From the NCBI GenBank assembly GCA_964430345.1, contig CAYSFK010000001.1, forward strand, positions 7 through 64,006: DNA of 64,000 bases, written 5' to 3'. The DNA comes from an uncultured Oscillospiraceae bacterium. Its GTDB lineage: Bacteria > Bacillota > Clostridia > Oscillospirales > Oscillospiraceae. Positions within the stretch are counted from its first letter, which is position 1; each line of letters opens with the position of its first letter. A model generated the notes under the pieces. The model searched no databases, was not told the origin of the DNA, and worked only from the letters and a program-made list of their open reading frames with translations. The position numbers were made by a program, and so were the translations under genes. Shown here piece after piece: positions 8,180 to 18,208 of the stretch.

Positions 8180-9892
8180 TCAGCCGAACATGGCGTTCAT
8201 GTCGCACACGCCGGTGATACCGTTTACTACGCCGCTGTCGGTAAACTGCCAGATATCGTAGCGCCCGTTGAAGTCCGGCACACGGTTGAAGCTGGTATAG
8301 CTGGCAAGCCAGATGTTGTACCGGGTCAGGAAGGAGTACTCCAGCTCGTCCCGGAAGAAGTTGCGGCCTGAGTATACGCCGGGCTTATAGCCGCTGTTTT
8401 CGATAGTTGCGCAAAAGGCGTTGATTATCTCCGTGCGCTGGGCCTTGCTGAGCTTGTCGGAGCGGCCGTTGGGGTAGTCACCGGAGGCCTCCATGTCTAT
8501 GTATACCGGCAGCTCCAGCGCGGCGCCGCCCAGCCTGTCCAGCACAAGGCTGGCCTCCTGCACGGCCTCCACCGCGTCCACGGCAGTGGTGTAGAAATAC
8601 ACGCCCACCCGCAGCCCTGCGGCCAGGGCATTGCTGAGGTTCTGCCGGAAGCAGGCGTCGTCATACAGCAGCCCGGTCTCCCAGCCACGGCCGCCAACCC
8701 GGATAATGGCGAAGTCTATACCCTGAGCCTTCACCGCCGGCCAGTTGACGCCCTCGTTGTAGAAGGACACGTCAACGCCAAGGGCCTGGGCCCTGACGCC
8801 GAATTCATTGAAATAATAAAGCCTGCCGTCTATGCTCTTAAGACCGGTCACCTTGTCGCCGTCGGCGTTGTAGTAGTAGGTGTTGCCGTCTATAGTCTGC
8901 CAGCCCACAAGTGTGCTCACCGTCTCGGTTATCGGCACGGCTGTCACGGCGAAGCGGGACACCGGGCTGTTGTCCGGGTTATAAAGCTCCACCGCGGTAT
9001 ACACCCCGCCCGCTCCGGACTGCAGGCCGTACTCCGGGGTGCCGTCGTTGTTCTCGTCCATGGGTATCACATCGCTCTCGGTGATGCCGTCACTGAGCAG
9101 AAGAAAACCGTTGGCTCCTACCTGGAAGGAATATGTATAGGTCTGGTTGCCGCTCTCGTCCAGCACCGGCGTCTCCTGTACCACCGTGCCGTCGCCGGCG
9201 TACACATCCTCCGGGGTGCTAAGATACTCCGGCGCTATCTCTTCATCAACGGAGCCGGTCTCCGCCTTTATCTCGCTCTGGGATATCTCGGTATTGTCCA
9301 CCACGTCCACTATTTCGTCAATGTCCTCTATCTGCACGTATTCCACTCTGTCCTTCACCGTACAGGTAATAGGCGAGGGGGTCAGATAAATGTCGTCCTC
9401 AGCCATAGTCACGGTGTAATCACCCGGCTCCAGCTGCACCAGATAACAGGTGCCGTCCGTCTCGGTCTGGAAGTTGTACTGCTCGCCGCCGGGGTAGGAG
9501 AAGCTGAGCGTCAGCCGCTGCCCGGTCAGGGCGTTGCCGGAGGCGTCGGTAAGCTTGACATAAAGGTCCCTCTCGGTGGAGCTGGCGCTCATATATACGG
9601 TCTTTCGTTCCGGGGCAGGACTGGGTGAAGGGGAGACAGTCGGCGACGGGGCGGCGGTGACCGTGACGGTCGAAGGAGCCGGGGAGGGACTGAGCGCGGC
9701 GGCGGCAGTCTGGGGCGCGGCTGTGACAGCCCCCGGCGCTGTTACGACGCTGTTTTTCATAAAGGACAAAAGCCCCGGCGCAACGATAAGCGCCGCGATA
9801 AAAACAGACAGGCAGGGCAGCAGGATGATAAGGGTCTTTTCCGCCTTGGGCTCGTTCATTTTTTTCCACAGACGTGTGAACGCGTTTTTCAT
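8180..9892 (-). CDS. Secreted GH25 muramidase (lysozyme) with cell-wall-binding repeats
   Basis: 570 aa. It has an N-terminal signal anchor, a Pro/Ser/Thr/Ala linker, choline-binding-type repeats (GWQTIDGNTYYYNADGDKVTGLKSIDGRLYYFNEFG), and a C-terminal GH25 domain (GVDVSFYNEGVNWPAVKAQGIDFAIIRVG...DIWQFT). Confidence 0.8.
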   Translation of the reverse strand: MKNAFTRLWKKMNEPKAEKTLIILLPCLSVFIAALIVAPGLLSFMKNSVVTAPGAVTAAPQTAAAALSPSPAPSTVTVTAAPSPTVSPSPSPAPERKTVYMSASSTERDLYVKLTDASGNALTGQRLTLSFSYPGGEQYNFQTETDGTCYLVQLEPGDYTVTMAEDDIYLTPSPITCTVKDRVEYVQIEDIDEIVDVVDNTEISQSEIKAETGSVDEEIAPEYLSTPEDVYAGDGTVVQETPVLDESGNQTYTYSFQVGANGFLLLSDGITESDVIPMDENNDGTPEYGLQSGAGGVYTAVELYNPDNSPVSRFAVTAVPITETVSTLVGWQTIDGNTYYYNADGDKVTGLKSIDGRLYYFNEFGVRAQALGVDVSFYNEGVNWPAVKAQGIDFAIIRVGGRGWETGLLYDDACFRQNLSNALAAGLRVGVYFYTTAVDAVEAVQEASLVLDRLGGAALELPVYIDMEASGDYPNGRSDKLSKAQRTEIINAFCATIENSGYKPGVYSGRNFFRDELEYSFLTRYNIWLASYTSFNRVPDFNGRYDIWQFTDSGVVNGITGVCDMNAMFG

Positions 9893-9931
9893 ACCGGAAT
9901 ACTCTCCCCGTCAAATATTACTGTTGTTGAC

Positions 9932-9960
9932 ATAATACAAGATGCCGCGGAAAAAGTCAA
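9932..9960 (-). promoter_or_regulatory. Sigma-A-type promoter for the GH25 gene
   Basis: On the minus strand: TTGACT, 17 nt, TATTAT. Confidence 0.5.
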
Positions 9961-10001
9961 ACTATATATAATAATATCGAGGCGAGCTTCACACATCGTG
10001 C

Positions 10002-10030
10002 TTGTTAATGGCAGGGTTTTGTGTTACAAT
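10002..10030 (+). promoter_or_regulatory. Sigma-A-type promoter with extended -10, upstream of pcrA
   Basis: TTGTTA, 17 nt, (TGt)TACAAT. The -10 hexamer ends 7 nt before the ATG at 10038. Confidence 0.5.
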
Positions 10031-10037
10031 CTTCGCC

Positions 10038-12401
10038 ATGGAAATTGAATTTGAAAAAGAATATCTTGAGGCGGTCAAAGCTGTTATCAGCGCCGACTTC
10101 TCACATCTGAACCCCGTGCAGCTGGAAGCCGTACTGGCTACCGAAGGGCCGCTGCTGATACTGGCAGGCGCGGGCAGCGGCAAAACCACCGTAATGGTCA
10201 ACCGCATAGCGAAGCTGCTGAAATACGGCCGCGGAGGCGACGGCAATGAGCTGCCTCCGGGTGCGGACGCCGAGAAGCTGCGGCTGCTTAAGCAGGGCGG
10301 CGCGGAGGCGGAGAAGCTGGCGGCTGTGGAGCCGGTAGAACCCTGGCGCATACTGGCCATAACCTTCACCAATAAGGCGGCGGAGGAGCTGAAGCTTCGG
10401 GTGGAGCGGCTGCTGGGCCCTGTGGCGGAGGATATGTGGGTCTGCACCTTCCATTCCGCCTGTGTGCGTATACTGCGGCGGGACGGGGAGCGGCTGGGCT
10501 ATACCGGCAGCTTCACTATATACGACACTGCCGACAGTCTCAGTCTCATAAAGCGCATCGTAAAGGATATGGACCTGGACGACAAGAGCTACCCGCCCAA
10601 GGCGCTGCTAGCTGAGATAAGCCGGGCCAAGGACGAGAGAGTGTCCGCCGAGGAGTATCTGGGCAGCGCACGGCAGAGCGGCGACATTCGGCGGGTGAAG
10701 TTCGGCCAGGTGTACAGTGAGTACGCCCGGCGCTGCTTTGCCGCCAACGCCATGGACTTTGACGACCTGCTTTACAACACCGTGAAGCTGCTGGAGGAGC
10801 AGCCGGAGGTGCTGGAGCACTGGCAGCGGCGCTTTAGCTACGTGCTTATAGACGAGTATCAGGACACCAACCGCTTGCAGTATCTGTTTTCGTCGTATAT
10901 GGCCGGGGGCCGGGGGAATATCTGCGTTGTGGGTGATGACGACCAGAGCATCTATAAGTTCCGGGGCGCCACCATCGAAAACATACTCAGCTTCGAGAGC
11001 CAGTATAAGCACTGCCGCGCAATCAGACTGGAGCAGAACTACCGCAGCACCGCCCATATTCTGGACGCGGCCAACGCCGTGATACGCAACAATGTGGGGC
11101 GCAAGGGGAAGGAGCTGTGGACAGACCAGGGCGAGGGCGAGAAGATAGAGCTGTACGTGGCGGACAATGAGAACGACGAGGCCCAGTTCGTGGCCTCCAA
11201 GGTGATGGCCGCCTACGGACAGGGGGGAAGCTGGCGTGATAACGCGGTGCTCTACAGGATGAACGCCCAGTCCAACCAGCTTGAGTACGCCTTCAAGCGC
11301 AACGGCGTACCCTACAGGATAATCGGCGGCACCCGCTTCTTTGACAGGGCCGAGGTAAAGGATGTGCTGGCTTATCTCAGCCTGATAGCTTCGCCCTCCG
11401 ATGATCTGAGGCTTTCAAGGATAATTAACGTGCCCGCCAGAGGCATAGGGGAGCGCAGCGTTGAGCTGGTGCGGCAGATAGCTCTGGATCAGGGACGCCC
11501 AATGTTCGATATACTGTGCGACGCCGACAGTCACGGGGAGCTGCAGCGCTCTGCCATAAAGCTGCGTCAGTTCGCGGCTATGATAAATGAGCTGCGGGAT
11601 TTCGCGGCGGAAAACGGCTCCGATGCGGTGTTTGATATGCTCATGGAGAAGTCCGGCTATCTGCGGGCTCTTGATGAAAAGAACACGCTGGAGGACAGTA
11701 CCCGGGCGGAAAACGTGCGGGAGCTGAAAACCAGTATTTTGGGTTATATCAAGGAATTCGGGGATACTAGCCTTGAGGGCTATCTGGCAAACGTGGCCCT
11801 GTACACCGATATGGACAATTACGACAAGGACGCCGACTGTGTTGTGATGATGACCATGCACTCGGCCAAGGGCCTTGAGTTCCCCACGGTATTCATCGTG
11901 GGTATGGAGGAGTGCATCTTCCCCGGTATGCGGGCCATAGGCGAGGCGGAGGAGATGGAGGAGGAACGGCGGCTGTGCTATGTGGCCATTACCCGTGCGA
12001 AGCGGCGGCTGTACATGATTTGCGCCCGCCAGCGTATGCTGTTTGGCCGCACCACCACCAACCGGGTCTCCCGCTTCGTGGACGAGATACCGGAGGAACA
12101 TATCAAGAAGCAGGTGCCAAAGGGCTACGGTTACACAGACAGGAGCCGGGAGACAGGCCATGCTCCGAAGGCCCCGACCCCCACGTCTCACGGCGTATCC
12201 GCGCCGGCCGCGCCAAAGCCCGCAGCCACGGCCCCGGACTTTGCTCTGGGGGACAGCGTGCGGCACACGGCCTTCGGCTCCGGCGTGATAACCAAGCTGA
12301 GCCCTATGGGCGGGGATTATCTGGTGGAAATAAACTTTGCCTCTGTGGGCACGAAAAAGCTGATGCTCCGGGCGGCTGCCCGATATATGACCAAGGAATG
12401 A
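10038..12401 (+). CDS. pcrA: ATP-dependent DNA helicase PcrA/UvrD family
   Basis: Motifs LNPVQLEAV, AGAGSGKT, VLIDEYQDTN, VGDDDQSIYKFRGA, QNYRS, MTMHSAKGLEF and VAITRAK. The start is either 10038 (ATG) or 10002 (TTG). Confidence 0.85.
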   Translation: MEIEFEKEYLEAVKAVISADFSHLNPVQLEAVLATEGPLLILAGAGSGKTTVMVNRIAKLLKYGRGGDGNELPPGADAEKLRLLKQGGAEAEKLAAVEPVEPWRILAITFTNKAAEELKLRVERLLGPVAEDMWVCTFHSACVRILRRDGERLGYTGSFTIYDTADSLSLIKRIVKDMDLDDKSYPPKALLAEISRAKDERVSAEEYLGSARQSGDIRRVKFGQVYSEYARRCFAANAMDFDDLLYNTVKLLEEQPEVLEHWQRRFSYVLIDEYQDTNRLQYLFSSYMAGGRGNICVVGDDDQSIYKFRGATIENILSFESQYKHCRAIRLEQNYRSTAHILDAANAVIRNNVGRKGKELWTDQGEGEKIELYVADNENDEAQFVASKVMAAYGQGGSWRDNAVLYRMNAQSNQLEYAFKRNGVPYRIIGGTRFFDRAEVKDVLAYLSLIASPSDDLRLSRIINVPARGIGERSVELVRQIALDQGRPMFDILCDADSHGELQRSAIKLRQFAAMINELRDFAAENGSDAVFDMLMEKSGYLRALDEKNTLEDSTRAENVRELKTSILGYIKEFGDTSLEGYLANVALYTDMDNYDKDADCVVMMTMHSAKGLEFPTVFIVGMEECIFPGMRAIGEAEEMEEERRLCYVAITRAKRRLYMICARQRMLFGRTTTNRVSRFVDEIPEEHIKKQVPKGYGYTDRSRETGHAPKAPTPTSHGVSAPAAPKPAATAPDFALGDSVRHTAFGSGVITKLSPMGGDYLVEINFASVGTKKLMLRAAARYMTKE

Positions 12402-12413
12402 TGATACCGATAT

Positions 12414-13298
12414 ATGAGCGATAGAAAACAAACTCTGGGCAAGCTTGCCCTGCTGGGCACGGCACTTATCTGGGGCACCTCCTTTGTGGTGCTGAAAAAC
12501 ACTCTGGATAGTATGGGGGCACTCTGGCTTTTGACCGTGCGCTTTTCCGTGTCGGCGGTGCTGCTGCTGGCCATAGCCGGGAAGAAAGTCCGCCGCGCCT
12601 CAAAACGCTGCGTCAAGGGCGGGGTCATTCTGGGGCTCTGCCTGGCGGTGGCCTACCTGTTCCAGACCTACGGACTTGTATATACCACTCCCGGCAAGAA
12701 CGCCTTTCTCACCGCCACCTACTGTGTGCTGACGCCTTTTCTGGCCTGGGTCATATACAGAAGGAAGCCCGGCGCCTCCAACCTTATCGCCGCCTTTCTG
12801 TGCATCGCCGGTATTTTCTTCGTGTCCCTCGGCTCGGGGCTGGGCGCAGTCAACAAGGGTGATATGCTGACTCTGGTCTGCGGCATATTCTACGCCTTTC
12901 AGATCATTGTTCTGGAGCAGTACCGCGGCAGCGGTGACGCCATGACCATATCCGCCATACAGTTCACGGCGGCGGCAGTGTTCTTCCTGATAGCGGCGGT
13001 GCTGTTTGAGCAGCCGCCGGAATTTCTGCCCGTCTCTGCCTGGTTCAGCGTGGCCTATCTCTCGATAATGTGTACTGCGGTCTGCTTCTTCCTGCAGGCC
13101 TGGGGCATGAAGTATACCTCCTCCTCCACCGCGGCCATGATAATGACGCTGGAGAGCGTGTTCGGAGCGCTTATATCCGTGCTGTTCTACGGCGAGCAGG
13201 TGACGCCCCGGATGCTGCTGGGCTTCACGCTTATCTTTATGGCGGTGCTGTGCTCGGAGCTGAGGCCAATAGACAGGAGAGCCAATGAGAATACTTGA
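12414..13298 (+). CDS. DMT-superfamily (EamA-like) transporter
   Basis: 294 aa, about 10 TM segments, two EamA-like halves (LLGTALIWGTSFVVLK). Confidence 0.75.
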   Translation: MSDRKQTLGKLALLGTALIWGTSFVVLKNTLDSMGALWLLTVRFSVSAVLLLAIAGKKVRRASKRCVKGGVILGLCLAVAYLFQTYGLVYTTPGKNAFLTATYCVLTPFLAWVIYRRKPGASNLIAAFLCIAGIFFVSLGSGLGAVNKGDMLTLVCGIFYAFQIIVLEQYRGSGDAMTISAIQFTAAAVFFLIAAVLFEQPPEFLPVSAWFSVAYLSIMCTAVCFFLQAWGMKYTSSSTAAMIMTLESVFGALISVLFYGEQVTPRMLLGFTLIFMAVLCSELRPIDRRANENT

Positions 13299-14124
13299 CG
13301 CCGCTTTAATAAGCGAGGCTGTGGCGCGCCTCTGTATCGAGGCCAACATGGGCCTGCCCGCGGATATCCGCCGCGCTCTGGAGAAGGCGAGGGAGACGGA
13401 GACCTGGCCGGAGGCTGAGCGTACTCTGGGGCTGCTTCAGGATAACCTCCGTCTGGCCGGGGAGCGTCGCCTGCCTATATGTCAGGACACCGGTATGGCC
13501 TGCGTTTTCGTGGAGCTGGGAGAGGACGTACATATAGACGGCTCCATTAGGGACGCTGTGAACGATGGCGTCCGCCGGGGCTACGGTGAAGGGTATCTGC
13601 GCAAAAGCGTGGTGAGCGATCCGCTGCGCCGCGTTAACACCGGTGACAACACTCCCGCGGCCCTGACAGTGGAGTTTACAGCCGGAGACAGGCTGCGCAT
13701 CTGCGTGGCCCCCAAGGGCTTCGGCAGCGAGAATATGAGCGCGTTGGCCATGCTCAAGCCCGCCGACGGAGCGGAGGGGGTAAAGCGCTTTATTCTGGAC
13801 ACGGTGAAAAAGGCCGGTTCCAATCCCTGCCCGCCGATAGTGCTGGGCGTGGGCATAGGCGGCAGCTTCGACAAGGCGGCGCTGCTGGCAAAGAAGGCGC
13901 TGCTGCGGCCCATAGACAGGCCGAATCCCGACGAATACTACGCAGAGCTGGAGCGGGAGCTTTTAATGAAGATAAACCAGCTTGGCATCGGCCCTCAGGG
14001 CTTCGGAGGCAGAACAACGGCTCTGGGCGTCAATATCGAATATATGGCTACCCACGTGGCGGGGCTGCCGGTGGCGGTGAACATGAGCTGCCACGCCACC
14101 CGACGGGCCTGGGCGGAGCTGTGA
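13285..14124 (+). CDS. Fe-S type hydro-lyase, alpha subunit (class I fumarate hydratase / tartrate dehydratase type)
   Basis: 279 aa with LPICQDTGMACVFVELG and GVGIGGSFD motifs. Followed by the beta subunit. Confidence 0.8.
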   Translation: MRILDAALISEAVARLCIEANMGLPADIRRALEKARETETWPEAERTLGLLQDNLRLAGERRLPICQDTGMACVFVELGEDVHIDGSIRDAVNDGVRRGYGEGYLRKSVVSDPLRRVNTGDNTPAALTVEFTAGDRLRICVAPKGFGSENMSALAMLKPADGAEGVKRFILDTVKKAGSNPCPPIVLGVGIGGSFDKAALLAKKALLRPIDRPNPDEYYAELERELLMKINQLGIGPQGFGGRTTALGVNIEYMATHVAGLPVAVNMSCHATRRAWAEL

Positions 14125-14131
14125 GGCGAAT

Positions 14132-14713
14132 ATGGAATACGAAATACACGCTCCCGTTACGGGAGACCAGCTTACCAAGCTGAGAGCGGGGGACATGGTG
14201 CTGCTCAGCGGCACGGTTTACACCGCCAGAGACGCCGCCCATAAGCGCCTGACGGAGCTGCTGGAGCGGGGAGAGGCGCTGCCCATAGACTTGGATGGGG
14301 CGGCTATATACTATGTGGGGCCTACGCCGGAGAGGCCGGGGGATATAATCGGCTCCGCCGGGCCCACCACCGCCGGGCGCATGGACTCATACACACCGGC
14401 GCTGCTGAAGCAGGGGCTGAAGATAATGATAGGCAAGGGCATGAGAAGCGAAGCCGTGCTCCGCGCAATGGCGGAAAGCGGAGCCGTGTATCTGGCGGCA
14501 ACAGGCGGAGCGGGGGCGCTGATGAGCAGCTCCGTGCTCTCCTGCGAGACGGTATGCTACGAGGATCTGGGCTGCGAGGCCATACGACGGCTGGAGGTCA
14601 GGAATATGCCGCTTACCGTGGCGGCGGACAGCGCAGGCGGTGACCTGTATAAGTCCGGCCCCGCCGCTTATCTGAAATGGGTTAAGGAGAATGAAGATGG
14701 ACATATCGGCTGA
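14132..14713 (+). CDS. Fe-S type hydro-lyase, beta subunit (fumarate hydratase C-terminal domain)
   Basis: 193 aa with LSGTVYTARDAAHKRL...GPTTAGRMD...IGKG. Confidence 0.8.
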   Translation: MEYEIHAPVTGDQLTKLRAGDMVLLSGTVYTARDAAHKRLTELLERGEALPIDLDGAAIYYVGPTPERPGDIIGSAGPTTAGRMDSYTPALLKQGLKIMIGKGMRSEAVLRAMAESGAVYLAATGGAGALMSSSVLSCETVCYEDLGCEAIRRLEVRNMPLTVAADSAGGDLYKSGPAAYLKWVKENEDGHIG

Positions 14714-15869
14714 AGCGCTGAAGCTGCACTACCAGCTTAAAGGCAAGCTGGAGACCGCGCCCCGGGCAAGAGTGGACAGCCGGGAGGCGTTGAGCCTGCT
14801 GTACACGCCGGGGGTTGCCCAGCCCTGTCTGGAGATACAGAAGGATGTAAACAAGAGCTATGAGCTGACCCGCCGCTGGAACACCGTGGCGGTGGTCACC
14901 GACGGCACGGCAGTGCTGGGGCTGGGGGACATAGGTCCCGAGGCCGGGATGCCGGTAATGGAGGGGAAATGCCTGCTGTTCAAGGAGCTGGGCGGAGTGG
15001 ACGCGGTGCCTTTGTGCATACGCTCTAAGGATGTGGACGATATCGTCAACACCGTGGCCTTGCTGGCGGGCTCCTTCGGCGGCGTGAATCTGGAGGACAT
15101 ATCCGCGCCCCGCTGCTTCGAGATAGAGCGGCGGCTCAAGGAGCGCTGCGATATCCCCATATTCCACGACGACCAGCACGGCACCGCTGTGACCATGCTG
15201 GCGGCCCTGACAAACGCGCTGAAGCTGACGGGCAAAAAGCTGGGCGATATAAAGCTGGTGACCTCCGGCGCAGGTGCGGCGGGCACCGCCATAGTGAAGC
15301 TGCTGTGCTCCGTGGGCGCCAGAAACGTCATTATGACCGACAGGAGCGGCGCTATATATGAGGGCCGTGAAGGGCTGAACCAGGCCAAGCGGGAAATAGC
15401 CGCCGCCACCAATCCCGGCAGGGAGCGGGGCAGCCTGGGAGAAGTCATAAAAGGCGCGGACGTATTCATCGGCGTTTCCGCGCCGGGACTCCTCAGCGGG
15501 GACATGGTGCGCTCCATGAACAAAAACGCCATTATCTTCGCCTGCGCAAACCCCACCCCGGAGATACTGCCGGAGGCCGCAAAAGCCGCCGGAGCCGCCG
15601 TGGTATGCACCGGGCGCAGCGATTATCCCAATCAGGTGAACAATATAATGGCATTCCCAGGTATTTTCCGGGGCGCGCTGGACGCCAGAGCCAGCGATAT
15701 AAACGACGCAATGAAGCTGGCCGCGGCAGAGGCTATCGCGGGGCTCGTCCCGGAGGGAGAGCTTCGACACGACAACATACTGCCCGCCGCTCTGGATCCC
15801 AGAGTCCGCCAGGCGGTGGCCAAGGCCGTGTATGATGCGGCAGTCAGTACAGGCGCAGCAAGAGTGTAA
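14691..15869 (+). CDS. NAD(P)-dependent malic enzyme
   Basis: 392 aa with LSLLYTPGVA, VVTDGTAVLGLGDIGPEAGMPVMEGK, FHDDQHGTA and GAGAAG. Confidence 0.85.
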   Translation: MKMDISAEALKLHYQLKGKLETAPRARVDSREALSLLYTPGVAQPCLEIQKDVNKSYELTRRWNTVAVVTDGTAVLGLGDIGPEAGMPVMEGKCLLFKELGGVDAVPLCIRSKDVDDIVNTVALLAGSFGGVNLEDISAPRCFEIERRLKERCDIPIFHDDQHGTAVTMLAALTNALKLTGKKLGDIKLVTSGAGAAGTAIVKLLCSVGARNVIMTDRSGAIYEGREGLNQAKREIAAATNPGRERGSLGEVIKGADVFIGVSAPGLLSGDMVRSMNKNAIIFACANPTPEILPEAAKAAGAAVVCTGRSDYPNQVNNIMAFPGIFRGALDARASDINDAMKLAAAEAIAGLVPEGELRHDNILPAALDPRVRQAVAKAVYDAAVSTGAARV

Positions 15870-15898
15870 AACATTATGTAAACCAGAGGAATAACAGT

Positions 15899-17491
15899 AT
15901 GCCAGATTTAATTACAGAGATATCCCGCCGCCGCACCTTCGCCATAATCTCACACCCGGACGCGGGCAAGACCACGCTTACGGAAAAGCTGCTGCTCTAC
16001 GGCGGAGCCATACAGCTGGCCGGTTCCGTAAAGGGCAAGGCCACCGCGCGTCACGCCGTGTCCGACTGGATGGAGCTGGAAAAGCAGCGGGGCATATCCA
16101 TCACCAGCTCCGTTATGCAGTTTGAGTACGAGGGCTACTGCATCAATATACTGGACACCCCCGGACATCAGGACTTCTCCGAGGACACCTACCGTACGCT
16201 TATGGCGGCGGACTCCGCTGTGATGGTAATAGACGCCGCCAAGGGCATAGAGCCCCAGACCCGGAAGCTCTTTAAGATTTGCGCCATGCGGCACATACCA
16301 ATTTTCACATTTATAAACAAGCTGGACCGGGAAGCCCGCAGCCCCTATGAGCTAATGGAGGAGCTGGAAAACGAGTTCGGCATAGGCACCTATCCTATGA
16401 ACTGGCCCATAGGCTGCGGCCAGGATTTTAAGGGCGTATACGACAGGCAGCGCCGGGAGATACTGGCATTCAGCGAATTTCACCGTGGCCAGAACAAGAT
16501 CCGGGCCATTGAATGCTCTCTGGAGGACACCGAGACTTTGGACGGGCTTATCGGCGGGAAGCTGAGACGGGTGCTGGCGGACGATATTGAACTGCTGGAC
16601 GGCGCCGGAGGCGACTTCGACATAGACAAGGTGCGCCGTGGCGAGCTGAGCCCGGTGTTCTTCGGCTCGGCCCTCAACAACTTCGGCGTGGAGCCCTTTC
16701 TTGAAAGCTTCCTGAGCATGACCATGCCGCCGCTGCCCAGGATATCCGGCGATGATATAGTAGACCCCACGGACGAGGGCTTCTCCGCCTTTGTATTCAA
16801 GATACAGGCCAACATGAACAAGGCCCACCGCGACCGTATCGCGTTCATGCGCATATGCTCAGGCCGCTTCCAGAGGGAGAAGGAGTACTACCATGTGCAG
16901 GGCGGCAAGGCGCTGCGTCTGGCCCAGCCTCAGCAGCTTATGGCCAGTGAGCGGGCTATTATCGACGAGGCCTACGCCGGGGATATAATCGGCGTATTCG
17001 ATCCCGGCATCTTCTCTATCGGTGACACTATATGCGAGAAAGGGATGAACGTCTGCTTCGAGGGCATACCAACCTTCGCCCCGGAGCACTTCGCCGCAGT
17101 CGAGCGCATCGACACCATGAAGCGCAAGCAGTTTGAAAAGGGCATAATGCAGATAGCCCAGGAGGGCGCCATACAGATATTCCACGAGCCCTTCACCGGC
17201 GTGGAGGAGGTCATTGTGGGCGTGGTGGGCGTACTGCAGTTCGAGGTGCTGGAATACCGGCTGCGCACGGAGTACGGCGTGGAGATACGCAGGCGTTCCA
17301 TGCCCTATGAGCTGCTGCGCTGGGTGGACAGCGACGACGCCGACATAGGCCGCCTGAATCTCACCAGCGACACCAAGTGGGTACAGGATTTCCGGGGGAA
17401 TAACCTGCTGCTGTTTACCTCCGGCTGGTGTATAAACTGGGCTCTGCAAAAGAATGAGGGCCTGATACTGAGAGAGTTCAACCGTGACTGA
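15899..17491 (+). CDS. prfC: Peptide chain release factor 3
   Basis: 530 aa with RRTFAIISHPDAGKTTLTEKLL, DTPGHQDF and NKLD. Confidence 0.9.
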   Translation: MPDLITEISRRRTFAIISHPDAGKTTLTEKLLLYGGAIQLAGSVKGKATARHAVSDWMELEKQRGISITSSVMQFEYEGYCINILDTPGHQDFSEDTYRTLMAADSAVMVIDAAKGIEPQTRKLFKICAMRHIPIFTFINKLDREARSPYELMEELENEFGIGTYPMNWPIGCGQDFKGVYDRQRREILAFSEFHRGQNKIRAIECSLEDTETLDGLIGGKLRRVLADDIELLDGAGGDFDIDKVRRGELSPVFFGSALNNFGVEPFLESFLSMTMPPLPRISGDDIVDPTDEGFSAFVFKIQANMNKAHRDRIAFMRICSGRFQREKEYYHVQGGKALRLAQPQQLMASERAIIDEAYAGDIIGVFDPGIFSIGDTICEKGMNVCFEGIPTFAPEHFAAVERIDTMKRKQFEKGIMQIAQEGAIQIFHEPFTGVEEVIVGVVGVLQFEVLEYRLRTEYGVEIRRRSMPYELLRWVDSDDADIGRLNLTSDTKWVQDFRGNNLLLFTSGWCINWALQKNEGLILREFNRD

Positions 17492-17512
17492 AACATCGAA
17501 AGGAGACTGACC

Positions 17513-18130
17513 ATGGCAGAGAAAATAATGATAAACGTGGACGTATTCAAGGATAAGAGCGCCGGGGACTTTACCCAGGCTCTGGCCGACCCCGAGGGGA
17601 AGCTGGAGACAGGCAGCGCCAGCGCGGTTTCCGCCGCCTTGGCGGCGGCGCTGCTGGAGCGGGTGGCCGCGATTTGCGTCAAGGAGCAGCCTGAGGAGGA
17701 GAGAACGGCCTATATCCACAAGAACGCAGGTATACTCAGAGGCTACATGGTACACCTGATGGACGAGGATGTGCGCAGCCGCGGCCCTCTGCACAAGGCT
17801 ATGCTGGACGGCAAGCGCCAGGAGATAGAGGCCGCCCGCCAGCCCGCCGTGGCTATCTGCGCGGAGATAATCAACATGATGGCTCAGTGCCTGGATTTCA
17901 TGGACGAGCTTAAGGACGTATGCCCCGGAGATGCTCTCCATTATCTGGGCGAGGGCGCCCGCTTCGCCATGGCCGCTATCGAAAGCGCCAGACTTTACGT
18001 GGTGGATATGGCCGACAAGAGCAGCGACGAGACTTATCGCTTCGTGGTGCGGCGTGAGAACGAGATAACGCTGGCGGCCTGTACCAAGACGGCGCAGAGG
18101 GTCTTTGACAAGGCGGAGCAGGCCGTATAA
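17513..18130 (+). CDS. Cyclodeaminase/cyclohydrolase-family protein (FTCD C-terminal-like)
   Basis: 205 aa, all-helical, with TGSASAVSAALAAALLERV. Confidence 0.6.
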   Translation: MAEKIMINVDVFKDKSAGDFTQALADPEGKLETGSASAVSAALAAALLERVAAICVKEQPEEERTAYIHKNAGILRGYMVHLMDEDVRSRGPLHKAMLDGKRQEIEAARQPAVAICAEIINMMAQCLDFMDELKDVCPGDALHYLGEGARFAMAAIESARLYVVDMADKSSDETYRFVVRRENEITLAACTKTAQRVFDKAEQAV

Positions 18131-18143
18131 GGCGTATTTATAA

Positions 18144-18172
18144 TTGCAAACATACGCCGCCCGTAGTATAAT
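18144..18172 (+). promoter_or_regulatory. Sigma-A-type promoter upstream of the sirtuin gene
   Basis: TTGCAA, 17 nt, TATAAT. Confidence 0.45.
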
Positions 18173-18208
18173 ATCATGATATGAATAATATGAGGGGCGG
18201 TGACCGAC

